Below, piece by piece: positions 1-8,989 of a stretch of 64,000 bases of DNA (the first letter of the stretch is position 1; each line of letters opens with the position of its first letter). The position numbers and the translations under genes are program-made. A model generated the notes under the pieces. The model had not been told where the DNA came from and ran no database searches. It worked only from the letters and a program-made list of their open reading frames with translations. The DNA is from Candidatus Magasanikiibacteriota bacterium (GTDB lineage Bacteria > Patescibacteriota > Patescibacteriia > Magasanikbacterales > UBA922): assembly GCA_003482855.1 (NCBI GenBank), contig DMXO01000004.1, forward strand, positions 58,224 to 122,223, written 5' to 3'.

Positions 1-66
1 TATCGCAACCACTATGAAGAGTATTTGGAAGATGGTGTGGAAGACGTTGGAATAGAGGAAAAATAG
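1..66 (+). CDS. 3' end of an upstream gene (partial; ...YRNHYEEYLEDGVEDVGIEEK*)
   Basis: Open frame runs from the window edge to TAG at 64-66; no start in window. Confidence 0.3.
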   Translation, partial: YRNHYEEYLEDGVEDVGIEEK

Positions 67-109
67 GTAATGTGGTATACTAATAGAGTTCATAAAGTAA
101 AAAGTCCAT

Positions 110-165
110 AAAGTTTATAAAGTAGAGAATTTAACTTTACGGACTTTATGAACTTTATAAACTTT
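110..165. promoter_or_regulatory. Perfect 14-bp inverted repeat (AAAGTTTATAAAGT ... ACTTTATAAACTTT) with extra ATAAAGT heptamer copies, upstream of the first membrane-protein gene
   Basis: Read directly: 110-123 is the exact reverse complement of 152-165, spacer 28 nt; ATG at 178. Confidence 0.5.
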
Positions 166-177
166 TAAACTATTTTT

Positions 178-1170
178 ATGCGCGAACCAACATATCGTGA
201 CGCTATAAAAGCAGGCTGGCAACTTGCGTGGCATCACAAATCTCTGTGGATCTTTGGTATGTTTGCTGCCTTCCTCGGGCAAATGGGGATTGTCGAATTA
301 CTATCGAAGATGACGTTTGGCGTGAGTTATTTTAGGGCACCATCATTTTTTGTATATGCATGGGATACGTTTTCACAGGCTGGGCTGTCTTCACTTTTGC
401 GTGCACTTGATTTGAGTGTAGACAAGTGGGTATGGCTTATTTGGCTTATTATTATTTTTATAGGATTTGGTATTTTTTTGGCATTTGTCGCCGTTGTATC
501 TCAAGGAGCTATTGTCCATAGTGCCACACGCTTCATAGAAAAGAATGGCAAAAAATTTGAGAGTACAAGTGTTTCTTGGGATCATAGTAGAAAACATTTT
601 TGGAAACTATTTGGCCTCAATGTGCTCAGAAAATGTGTTCTTGCTTTATTTATTTCATTTGTAGTATGGGGCACATTTAATGCACTAATAGAACCGAGTG
701 CAGGAGACATCGTATTATTTTTTGTATTGTTTCTCATGGCTGCTATGGTTGGCATGGTGTTATCATTTTTGTTGGTATATGCTGTTGGCTATGTGGTAGT
801 AGAGGAATTTTCTTTTATAAAAGCTATACGATCAGCATGGAGATTGTTTACGAGACATTGGTTTGTATCATTTGAAATAGGATTTATATTTATTATTCTC
901 AACATCGTGTTTGTTGTCATTATGCTTTTGGGCATGTATCTCTTGTTTTTACCAAGTCTTGCGCTTTTTGCCGCTGCGTTTCTCATACAGAGTACAGGAT
1001 TGTATACGGCAGGGATTATTTTGGGGTTTGTATTGTTTATTCCTTTTATTGTTGTCCTTGGTTCAGTATTTACCGTGTTTGGTACTGCGACATGGACATA
1101 TTTATTTACCAAGATGCATAGAGAGGGAATCATAAGCCATCTCGTACATTTATTTCACGGGGGAAAATAA
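178..1170 (+). CDS. Polytopic integral membrane protein, function unknown
   Basis: 330-aa ORF with many hydrophobic helix-length segments; no catalytic motif recognised; precedes pilB-like ATPase. Confidence 0.6.
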   Translation: MREPTYRDAIKAGWQLAWHHKSLWIFGMFAAFLGQMGIVELLSKMTFGVSYFRAPSFFVYAWDTFSQAGLSSLLRALDLSVDKWVWLIWLIIIFIGFGIFLAFVAVVSQGAIVHSATRFIEKNGKKFESTSVSWDHSRKHFWKLFGLNVLRKCVLALFISFVVWGTFNALIEPSAGDIVLFFVLFLMAAMVGMVLSFLLVYAVGYVVVEEFSFIKAIRSAWRLFTRHWFVSFEIGFIFIILNIVFVVIMLLGMYLLFLPSLALFAAAFLIQSTGLYTAGIILGFVLFIPFIVVLGSVFTVFGTATWTYLFTKMHREGIISHLVHLFHGGK

Positions 1171-1196
1171 TTTAGAACAGAAGCAAAGAATATCGT

Positions 1197-2945
1197 ATGT
1201 CAGGATTTGGCAATTCAATTGATGATCTTCTCAAAGGGAATGCAGCTTCTTCAGGTGGTGGGCAACCGCAACAATTACACGTTTCAACACCTGAGACAGA
1301 GGAAAAATTTGGGAAAAAAATGAGCGAAATAAAAAAGAAAGAACTTGAAACAGAGGCCGAGCGTTTTGCTATGGAAGTAGGATACCCCCATATAGATCTC
1401 AAAAAATTTCCTGTGACGCACGAAGCTTTGAGACAGGTAAGCCGGGAAGTGGCGGAGCAGATTGGCGCTGTATGTTTTTATGCAGACGTAGATGAAATAC
1501 GCGTGGGAGCCCTTGATCCTACACACAAAGATGTCCAAGATCTTTTTATACAAATTAAACAAAAGCATCATGCTGAAGGAGTGGTGTATGTCATTTCTCA
1601 AGTAAGTTTTGATCGTGTTCTTGATCTTTACAAGACAATGCCAAATATCAAACCCATTACCAAAGATATTGAAGTCAAAGCAGAAGATCTCGAACGCGTG
1701 CAAGCAAATGTAAATGATTTTAGAAGTGTTCAGAAGCTCCTCATAGATGCAAATACATCTGATCTCATCACCGTGCTTCTTGGCGCCAGTCTAAAAGTAG
1801 ATTCTTCAGATATCCATGTGGAGGCAGAGGAGACGCGTATTGTGGTGCGTTTCCGTCTCGATGGTATTTTGCATGATGTTGCTGAGTTACCAAAGGAATT
1901 ATTCCAAAAGCTGTTGTCTCGTATCAAGCTCGTAGCATCTCTCAAAATAAATATTACTGATAAACCGCAGGATGGACGTTTCACTATAAAATTTCCTACG
2001 GGTGATGTCGATGTGCGTGTATCTACTATTCCGACTGTTTTTGGTGAGAGTATTGTGTTGCGTCTTTTGAAACAAGATCAAGAAGGAATCACGCTCGAAA
2101 AATTGGGTATGTCTTCACGAGATTATGAAGTCCTCAAACAAGAGATCACTCGGCCCAATGGCATGATTATAACAACTGGTCCTACAGGTAGTGGTAAGAC
2201 AACTACTTTGTATGCTATTTTGAAAATTCTTAATCAACCAGGCGTAAAGATAATTACTCTTGAAGATCCAGTTGAGTATCGTATGGAAGGTGTGAACCAA
2301 AGTCAGATTGATCATAGCAAAAATTATACTTTTGCCAAAGGGCTCCGCTCTATTCTCCGTCAAGATCCAGATATCGTGATGGTGGGAGAAATTCGAGATC
2401 TTGAAACAGCAGAAATAGCTATACAGGCAGCTTTGACTGGGCATCTCATGCTATCTACTATCCATACCAATAGTGGTGCTGGTGCTGTTCCTCGTTTTTT
2501 GTCTATGGGTGCAAAGCCTTTCTTGTTGGCTCCAGCGCTCAATTGTGTGATGGGACAACGTCTTGTGCGTCGTGTTTGTCAGGCATGTTCACAACAAGTA
2601 GAGGCGACACAATTGCCAATTGCAGTGCAAGAGCGATTGAAGATTCAGCTTGAAATGATGCCTGAGAAACAAAAGCAAGAATTGGTCAATAAACAACTAA
2701 CATTTCGTACAGCAAAAGGATGTGAAGCATGTAATAATATAGGTTACAAAGGACGCGTTGGTATTTATGAGATTTTTCAAGTACAAGAAAAGATAGAGCA
2801 ACAAATACTTTCGGGAGATATATCTGAGCATGTCATAGAAGATGTTGCACGTGCTCAAGGTATGACAACTATGTTGCAAGATGGTATACTAAAGGCGCTT
2901 GATGGTGTCACTACGCTCGATGAAGTGTTTAGAGTGATAGATTAA
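1197..2945 (+). CDS. pilB: Type IV pilus / type II secretion assembly ATPase (PilB/GspE family)
   Basis: Walker A GPTGSGKTT, Asp/His boxes and C-terminal CxxC...CxxC tetracysteine (CQAC...CEAC) typical of GspE/PilB; 582 aa. Confidence 0.85.
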   Translation: MSGFGNSIDDLLKGNAASSGGGQPQQLHVSTPETEEKFGKKMSEIKKKELETEAERFAMEVGYPHIDLKKFPVTHEALRQVSREVAEQIGAVCFYADVDEIRVGALDPTHKDVQDLFIQIKQKHHAEGVVYVISQVSFDRVLDLYKTMPNIKPITKDIEVKAEDLERVQANVNDFRSVQKLLIDANTSDLITVLLGASLKVDSSDIHVEAEETRIVVRFRLDGILHDVAELPKELFQKLLSRIKLVASLKINITDKPQDGRFTIKFPTGDVDVRVSTIPTVFGESIVLRLLKQDQEGITLEKLGMSSRDYEVLKQEITRPNGMIITTGPTGSGKTTTLYAILKILNQPGVKIITLEDPVEYRMEGVNQSQIDHSKNYTFAKGLRSILRQDPDIVMVGEIRDLETAEIAIQAALTGHLMLSTIHTNSGAGAVPRFLSMGAKPFLLAPALNCVMGQRLVRRVCQACSQQVEATQLPIAVQERLKIQLEMMPEKQKQELVNKQLTFRTAKGCEACNNIGYKGRVGIYEIFQVQEKIEQQILSGDISEHVIEDVARAQGMTTMLQDGILKALDGVTTLDEVFRVID

Positions 2946-2993
2946 TTGATTGTTTATTATATTATTTTTTATCTTAGATTATAAAATATTTCT

Positions 2994-4130
2994 ATGGTAA
3001 GTACTCGTTCAAATGGGACACAGCCGACTGGCCAACCCGTAAGATTTTATAAATTTGTTGCTCTTAGTTTTTTGGTTATTACTATAGTGTTGCTTGGTGT
3101 AGTCATATTCATGTCATCCAAGCGTGCTGACATCACCATAATCACACGTGCTGAACCTGTAGACGCGACAATGTCTGTAGATCTCGGGAGTACCAATGCA
3201 GTAGTATCTGGATTTGTCACGAGTACCTTTGTCGAGATGACCAAGAATTTTAGTCCAGAAGGGACAAAGACCGAAGAAGGCACAGCAGAAGGAGTGGTGA
3301 CGCTTTATAATGATACTGATGTCGCGCAACCGCTTGTTGCAACAACTCGACTTTTGACCTCAGATGGTGTTTTGTTTAGATTGAAGAGCGCAATCACTGT
3401 ACCTGCACAAGGTACAATACAGGCAAATGTATATGCAGATAAGGCTGGTACAGGTAGTGATATCGGACCTGCGAGTTTCACTTTGCCTGGTTTGCGAGAA
3501 GACAAACAGACATTGATATACGCAAAAAGTGAGATGACTATGAGTGGTGGCACCAGGAGTATAGGCGTGTTGAGCCAAGATGATGTATCAAAAGCAGAAA
3601 AAATATTGCTTGAAGAATTAAAGAAGAAAGCATCAGAAGATATGACAGCTCTGTATCCTGATAAGGGCGCCTTGTTTGAGGTTGCACAGTATGCATTTGA
3701 ACATGATGCAGAACTTGGTGTAGAGACGAGCCTTTTCAATCTGACAGGCAAGGCAACTGTGGTTGGCGTTTTTTATGACAAAGATAAAATTAATACCTAT
3801 GCTCAAGGTATATTGGAAAAGCAGGTAGTGAGCAATAGCGAGGTACTTCAATCTGTCCAAGATGCGCCCACAGCAGTCATAGCCAATTATGATATGGAGC
3901 GTGGGCAAGCCACATTGACGGTCACACATACAGGCTTCGTAGATATAGATCCCAATAGCAAAGAATTACAAAAGATAATGTTTTTTGGGAAAACAGAAGA
4001 TGAGGTACGTAGATACGTGATGTCACTCAATCATGTACAGGGCGTAGAAATGCATTTTAGACCATTGTGGAATAGGAGTGTTCCTCATGTGGCTAGTCAT
4101 GTAAATATTGTTGTGAGGCAGGTTGAATAG
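2994..4130 (+). CDS. Membrane-anchored hypothetical protein (N-terminal TM helix, large extracytoplasmic domain)
   Basis: 378-aa ORF; single N-terminal hydrophobic segment; directly downstream of pilB. Confidence 0.5.
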   Translation: MVSTRSNGTQPTGQPVRFYKFVALSFLVITIVLLGVVIFMSSKRADITIITRAEPVDATMSVDLGSTNAVVSGFVTSTFVEMTKNFSPEGTKTEEGTAEGVVTLYNDTDVAQPLVATTRLLTSDGVLFRLKSAITVPAQGTIQANVYADKAGTGSDIGPASFTLPGLREDKQTLIYAKSEMTMSGGTRSIGVLSQDDVSKAEKILLEELKKKASEDMTALYPDKGALFEVAQYAFEHDAELGVETSLFNLTGKATVVGVFYDKDKINTYAQGILEKQVVSNSEVLQSVQDAPTAVIANYDMERGQATLTVTHTGFVDIDPNSKELQKIMFFGKTEDEVRRYVMSLNHVQGVEMHFRPLWNRSVPHVASHVNIVVRQVE

Positions 4131-4417
4131 ATTTTAAGCACTTGAGCACTGTAGCACCAAAGCATGTGAGTAATTTGACATAAATTATCTTGTATTATAA
4201 GATGTACATATCAGCGATTGATGCGTCTACCAAACGCATGCCCACATAAGGTTTCTCTTGAACTAAGCTGATAGACATTTAATGAGTTAAACATCTGGGT
4301 GGAAACGTCCCCAAGGACCCCGGTGCATGATTTTGAACGATGAGTTTGAAGTTGTGCATCGGGGCTTTTGATTTAATTTAGAATTTTAAATTAAGAATTA
4401 AAAATTAATTTATTTAT
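4131..4417 (+). promoter_or_regulatory. Long structured leader of thrS; candidate T-box-like riboswitch with intrinsic terminator
   Basis: 287-nt non-coding leader; GGGTGGAAAC motif resembles T-box core (AGGGUGGNACCGCG); 10-bp stem CCCCGGTGCA/TGCATCGGGG (one G-U) followed by CTTTTGATTT just before thrS ATG. Confidence 0.4.
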
Positions 4418-6199
4418 ATGAAAGAAAATAATAACTTGGAAGCAATGCGCCATTCATGCGAACACGTGCTGACGATGGCCATGTTGCGTATATGGGGGAA
4501 CAAAATTGATGCGGCAATGGGTCCTGCGACGGATGATGGCTTTTATTTTGACTTTGATTCTGACATCAAAATAACTGAAGAGGATTTTTCTAGAGTTGAA
4601 AAGGAAATGGCAAACATTATCAAAGAAAATTTGCCTATTGTTAAAGATGAAATGACCGTATCAGAAGCGAGAGAATTTTTTAATAAAAATATATATAAAG
4701 GGAATGCATATAAACATGAATGGCTTGATGAAATTGAAGGACGCGGGGAAAAAGTGAGTGTGTATTGGATGGGTAAGAAAGATGGAGATATCCCCGATAC
4801 GTTTGTTGATATTTGTGCTGGTCCTCACCTGGAGTCGACGGGTAAAATTGGTGCATTTAAATTGCTAAAAACTGCCGGTGCATACTGGCATGGTGATGAA
4901 AAAAATAAAATGTTGACTAGAATTTATGGTACGGCGTTTGAAAATCAAGAAGAATTGGATAGTTACTTGAATATGCTTGAAGAGGCCAAGAAACGGGATC
5001 ACAAAAAATTAGGCAAAGAACTCGATCTATTTACTTTTTCTGATTTGGTGGGAGGAGGTTTACCTTTGTGGACGCCAAAAGGAACCCTGCTTCGAAATAC
5101 GTTGGATAATTTTGTATGGGAACTGCGCCAAGCTAAAGGTTACCAAAAAGTGACGATTCCACATATTACAAAAAAGGATTTGTACGAAACAAGCGGACAT
5201 TGGGCAAAGTTTTCAAATGACTTATTTAAAATTCAAACAAGAGAAGGTCATGAATTTGCGATGAAGCCCATGAATTGCCCGCATCATACGCAAATTTATG
5301 CACATGTTCCTCGCAGTTATCGCGATTTACCACAGCGTTATGCAGAGACAACCATGGTGTATAGAGATGAACAGACAGGCGAATTGAATGGACTGTCTCG
5401 GGTACGGTGTATTACTCAAGATGACGCCCATGTGTTTTGTCGTGAGTCACAATTGAAGGACGAATTCTATGCAATTTGGGATATTATCGAGACATTCTAT
5501 GCTGCGTGTGGTTTCCCTGCTCTAAAGATTCGGTTATCTTTGTCTGATCCCGAACATATGGAGAAATATATGGGAAGTAGAGAGCAGTGGGATAAAGCGG
5601 AAAGTCAATTGCGAGAGTTTATTTCTGATAGAGGAGCTGCATTTTTTGAGGCAAAAGGTGAGGCTGCTTTTTATGGCCCAAAAATTGACTTCATGGCAAA
5701 AGATTCCCTTGGTCGAGAATGGCAAGTCGCTACTATTCAGGCAGACAGAAGCATGCCAAAGAGTTTTGATTTATTTTGTAACAATGAACAGGGAGAACAA
5801 GAACGAATTGTGATGATACACGCAGCAATCATGGGTTCGATTGAACGCTTTTTGTCGATTTTGATTGAACATTATGGTGGGGCATTTCCTTTGTGGATCT
5901 CTCCGGTTCAAGTTCATTTTGCTCCGGTATCTGCAAAACATGTTGAAGGGACGAAAAAGTTAGCCGAAGAGTTTTCCCAGCTTGGTATTCGCATTGCAGT
6001 TGACGACGCAGATGAGACGGTCGGTAATAAAGTCCGTAAAGCTGTAGCACAAAAAGTTCCATACATTGTTGTCGTGGGCGACAAAGAAATTGCAGGAGAG
6101 GACTGGATGATACGCGTTCGTGGGGTTGAGAAACAAGAGAAGATGAGTAAGGACGAATTTGTGAAGAAAGTAATGGAAGAAATTAAAGAGAGAAAGTAG
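4418..6199 (+). CDS. thrS: Threonine--tRNA ligase
   Basis: 593 aa; class II aaRS motifs, MNCPHH zinc site, TGS/second-additional-domain and anticodon-binding C-terminus. Confidence 0.9.
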   Translation: MKENNNLEAMRHSCEHVLTMAMLRIWGNKIDAAMGPATDDGFYFDFDSDIKITEEDFSRVEKEMANIIKENLPIVKDEMTVSEAREFFNKNIYKGNAYKHEWLDEIEGRGEKVSVYWMGKKDGDIPDTFVDICAGPHLESTGKIGAFKLLKTAGAYWHGDEKNKMLTRIYGTAFENQEELDSYLNMLEEAKKRDHKKLGKELDLFTFSDLVGGGLPLWTPKGTLLRNTLDNFVWELRQAKGYQKVTIPHITKKDLYETSGHWAKFSNDLFKIQTREGHEFAMKPMNCPHHTQIYAHVPRSYRDLPQRYAETTMVYRDEQTGELNGLSRVRCITQDDAHVFCRESQLKDEFYAIWDIIETFYAACGFPALKIRLSLSDPEHMEKYMGSREQWDKAESQLREFISDRGAAFFEAKGEAAFYGPKIDFMAKDSLGREWQVATIQADRSMPKSFDLFCNNEQGEQERIVMIHAAIMGSIERFLSILIEHYGGAFPLWISPVQVHFAPVSAKHVEGTKKLAEEFSQLGIRIAVDDADETVGNKVRKAVAQKVPYIVVVGDKEIAGEDWMIRVRGVEKQEKMSKDEFVKKVMEEIKERK

Positions 6200-6264
6200 A
6201 AATTGGGGATATTGGATATTAAAGATATTAAGATATTGTTGAATTGTTATATTGTTAAATTGTT

Positions 6265-7089
6265 ATGATACATAAGAAAATTGTCTGGTTTGCAATATTG
6301 ATCACACTTGCTTGTGCAGGTATTATAGTTTTGTCTGTAAAAGAAAAATCGATAGAAAGAATAGAAAAACCAGTTGAAAAAGTCATATACTTTCTTCCTC
6401 ACCAAGACGATGAAATGGTCTTGCTTGGTTCAATTTTCCAAAATCTTGAACAGGGCAAAGATGTATATACCGTGATGGTGACCGACGGTGGCAAGTCGAT
6501 CATTCATGATACTGTAAATGGCGTTGCATTTTGTACATATCATGATCAATATCATAACCCAGATGAGGAGGGCTATTACGAATTAAGTCGAGAAGATTTT
6601 GTACGCGCGCGTAATGACGAATATTTCCGCGCCATGCAATCAATAGGTGTTTCGGAAGATCATATTTTGTTTGCAAATCCAGGTGGCAAAGAAGGAAGCA
6701 CAGAGCTAACATATCGAGACAGCGAACTTACCCAAGCGCAAGCACTTGAAGTTATTCAAACTTTCTATCATATGCTCGGGGATGGGACATATATCACGCT
6801 CGCAAGTGAAGCTATTGAATCTGATTACCCACATAGTGATCACATTGCTATTGAACGTGCTTTGAAAGAGTTTAATGGAATTCAAACCAAGTTATTTTTT
6901 GCTGACCGAGAAAATCCTGCGTTTGTCATAGAATTATCTGGAGACGCGCAAAAAGCAAAAGCGCGTGCTTTACAAGAATATACTGTATGGAAACCAGAAG
7001 AAGGGAAATTTATGATTGGAGGGCATTCGATTTTGGACCGGTTGAAATTGTGGGGAGAAAGTAAGAGGGAGTATATGATTGGAAATTAA
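6265..7089 (+). CDS. PIG-L/LmbE-family N-acetylglucosaminyl deacetylase
   Basis: N-terminal TM helix then LPHQDDE motif (PIG-L HxDDE) and conserved His/Asp downstream; 274 aa. Confidence 0.6.
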   Translation: MIHKKIVWFAILITLACAGIIVLSVKEKSIERIEKPVEKVIYFLPHQDDEMVLLGSIFQNLEQGKDVYTVMVTDGGKSIIHDTVNGVAFCTYHDQYHNPDEEGYYELSREDFVRARNDEYFRAMQSIGVSEDHILFANPGGKEGSTELTYRDSELTQAQALEVIQTFYHMLGDGTYITLASEAIESDYPHSDHIAIERALKEFNGIQTKLFFADRENPAFVIELSGDAQKAKARALQEYTVWKPEEGKFMIGGHSILDRLKLWGESKREYMIGN

Positions 7090-7171
7090 GATATTGGATA
7101 TCAAAATTGTTCTATTGTTAAATTGTTATACTGTTGACGACGCAGCTCGGAAGGGCTGTTTTTTGTTTTTG

Positions 7172-7215
7172 ACAAGTGACACTTGACTAATACGGATTTT
7201 TATAGTATATTATGC
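7172..7215 (+). promoter_or_regulatory. Sigma70-like promoter (TTGACA/TTGACT ... TATATT) for GC-rich gene 1
   Basis: TTGACT at 7187, 17-nt spacer, TATATT; AT-rich, unlike the GC-rich CDS it drives. Confidence 0.5.
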
Positions 7216-7220
7216 CATTA

Positions 7221-7268
7221 AAAAAGAACGAAATAGTCTTATTTTTTGTAGTACTATTTCGCTCTTTT
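7221..7268. promoter_or_regulatory. Imperfect 16-bp inverted repeat AAAAGAACGAAATAGT / ACTATTTCGCTCTTTT (operator-like), followed by a short GC hairpin and strong SD
   Basis: Read directly; one mismatch; motif AAAAAGAACGAAA recurs at 8153 upstream of GC-rich gene 2. Confidence 0.45.
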
Positions 7269-7344
7269 TACAGTCTACCTGACAAACAGTAATTTCCCCT
7301 TCACCTATGAAAGGTGACGGGCTCAAGAGAAGGGGGTTTCGTAG

Positions 7345-8001
7345 ATGCTTCAGATCCACGACAGAAAGATCTCCGCGGTTCGCGCGGGGATGCTCCAGGG
7401 TCACTGTGGGGCCATGACCCCACTGTTCTTGACCACACATGATGGTCTTCGTGTGGTGGAGTACCTCCAAGGCATCGCGCGTTCGTTTTCGTGGTCGGAG
7501 GTGCCGTCGCTCCTGGATCAGATCACGGCTCTTCGTCTGCCCGCGGACGACGAGATGTTCGGTCGCTGGCTCGACCAGATCGAGCCGACCGGGCGCTCGG
7601 AGATCACGATCGCACGTGGTCAGATCAGAGGCGACGTTTACGTCGCCGCGTTCCCTGTGCGTGAGGGTCGTCCGATGACCGACGCGCCGATCTACTCCTT
7701 GACCCAGGCCATAGAGTTCGCCCGGGTTTGGTTCTCGGAGGGGAGGATCACCACGGCCGAAGTCATCCACATGATCAAGGGTCTGCACGCCCTCGGGCTT
7801 GGCACGCAGGCCCCGCAGGCGGTCCTTCGGGTGTTCAACACCGACGAGATCATCTCTCGTGCCCAGCTGGGCCTCCGGGTCTTCGCGGCGCGGGAGTTCA
7901 CCGGTGACGATCTCGCGCTCATGGAGCAGATCGCGGTTCGGAAGCGGTGCTTCAAGACCGCATTCCCGGGCCGGGAGTACGAGGCATTTCCTGGGCTGTA
8001 G
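7345..8001 (+). CDS. Hypothetical protein, GC-rich cassette 1 gene A (218 aa)
   Basis: Strong G/C bias at third codon positions on + strand, SD AGAAGGGGG 6 nt upstream of ATG; opposite-strand ORFs are GC artefacts; no recognised motif. Confidence 0.6.
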   Translation: MLQIHDRKISAVRAGMLQGHCGAMTPLFLTTHDGLRVVEYLQGIARSFSWSEVPSLLDQITALRLPADDEMFGRWLDQIEPTGRSEITIARGQIRGDVYVAAFPVREGRPMTDAPIYSLTQAIEFARVWFSEGRITTAEVIHMIKGLHALGLGTQAPQAVLRVFNTDEIISRAQLGLRVFAAREFTGDDLALMEQIAVRKRCFKTAFPGREYEAFPGL

Positions 8002-8124
8002 TCAGGCGAGAGTCTCGCGCTAGATGTCGTACCTGCTGAAGAGTGGGTATGGTAGAGGCGCGTGGCTTGGCGTGGCTGGCGATGTGCGATTCTGTCGCGC
8101 GTCGTCGGCCGGGCCTGACTCTTG

Positions 8125-8141
8125 TGCACATTTAAAAATGT
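8125..8141. promoter_or_regulatory. Perfect palindrome CACATTT-aa-AAATGTG upstream of GC-rich gene 2, followed by AAAAAGAACGAAA motif
   Basis: Read directly; 7-bp arms, 2-nt spacer; lies in an AT-rich intergenic segment between two GC-rich CDSs. Confidence 0.4.
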
Positions 8142-8253
8142 GTAGAAGAGTCAAAAAGAACGAAACGAGTTCATCAAAGTGGATTATTTTGGTTCTTTTG
8201 TGTTTTGTGTCATTCGCTAACTTCCTGCCCGTGGGCAGGTGAGAGGAGGACTC

Positions 8254-8796
8254 GTGAAGAAGAAGCTGTATCTCCAGACCGAGTACAACCCGCGTGGTAT
8301 CGTGGGGTGGTTCGAGGTCTGGAGCGAGAGGGGGCAACTCCTCTCGAAGACCCTCAAGTTCGGGGATATCGCGGCGGCGCGTCTCATCGCCCTGCCCATG
8401 CTCGTCGATGAGGGTCACGAAGACCTCGTCGCCGAGGGGTCACGGATCATCGACGTGCTCATCGAGTGGCTCCGAACGAACCAGATGGGGGGGACCGTCA
8501 CCTTCTCGTTTCAGGACGGCCGTCCGAAGATCGAGGAGAAGTACGTCCCTAACCGTCGACCGGAGCCTTCTCCGTCGAGATTCTCGGCCGTGATCGGCGG
8601 TCGAGACGGTCTTCGGTTCCGACCAGTCGGCAGCGGCGTCCCTGAGCTCACGCTCGGTGGGCTTTTCCGCTACCTCCGCCAGGCCGGCGTGGCCACTGAG
8701 GTCGACGAGAGGCGGTGGCGGGTTGCCGTCGGCGACGGGGACCCGGAGGACGAGGACATGTCCGGGGGCGGCGACGACCCGGCGTGTGGCGACTAA
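8254..8796 (+). CDS. Hypothetical protein, GC-rich cassette 1 gene B (about 180 aa)
   Basis: SD GAGAGGAGGA at 8241-8250 then GTG at 8254 (ORF track starts at alternative GTG 8239); GC3-biased; hairpin CCTGCCCGTGGGCAGG just upstream; acidic Gly/Asp-rich C-terminus. Confidence 0.55.
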   Translation: MKKKLYLQTEYNPRGIVGWFEVWSERGQLLSKTLKFGDIAAARLIALPMLVDEGHEDLVAEGSRIIDVLIEWLRTNQMGGTVTFSFQDGRPKIEEKYVPNRRPEPSPSRFSAVIGGRDGLRFRPVGSGVPELTLGGLFRYLRQAGVATEVDERRWRVAVGDGDPEDEDMSGGGDDPACGD

Positions 8797-8931
8797 GTGT
8801 CTCTTGTCGCGTCTGCTACGGCGGACGCGACGGAGCATGAGACTACCACAACAATGGCCGGCGCGTGTGATTCATTCGCACGTCGCCGGCCAAGGAGTTC
8901 AGTATATATTTGGGATAAAAATATATAGTGA

Positions 8932-8963
8932 ACTAAAAACAACCGCTTTGTTGGTTGTTTTTT
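8932..8963. terminator. Bidirectional rho-independent terminator (AACAACC...GGTTGTT flanked by A and T runs)
   Basis: Hairpin with T7 run on + strand and T-rich run on - strand; sits between the end of GC-rich gene B and the end of ahcY. Confidence 0.6.
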
Positions 8964-8989
8964 TGTAACGTGTTTTGTATTACATGAAT

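Noticed and set aside
7210-8838. Long ORFs on the - strand of GC-rich cassette 1 (7210-7788, 7692-8129, 8020-8418, 8440-8838) and overlapping + frame ORFs (7439-7678, 7799-8023, 8294-8593)
   Set aside because: High GC content suppresses stop codons in all frames. These translate to Arg/Pro/Ser-rich low-complexity sequences and lack SD sequences. The + frame genes show proper GC3 bias and RBSs.
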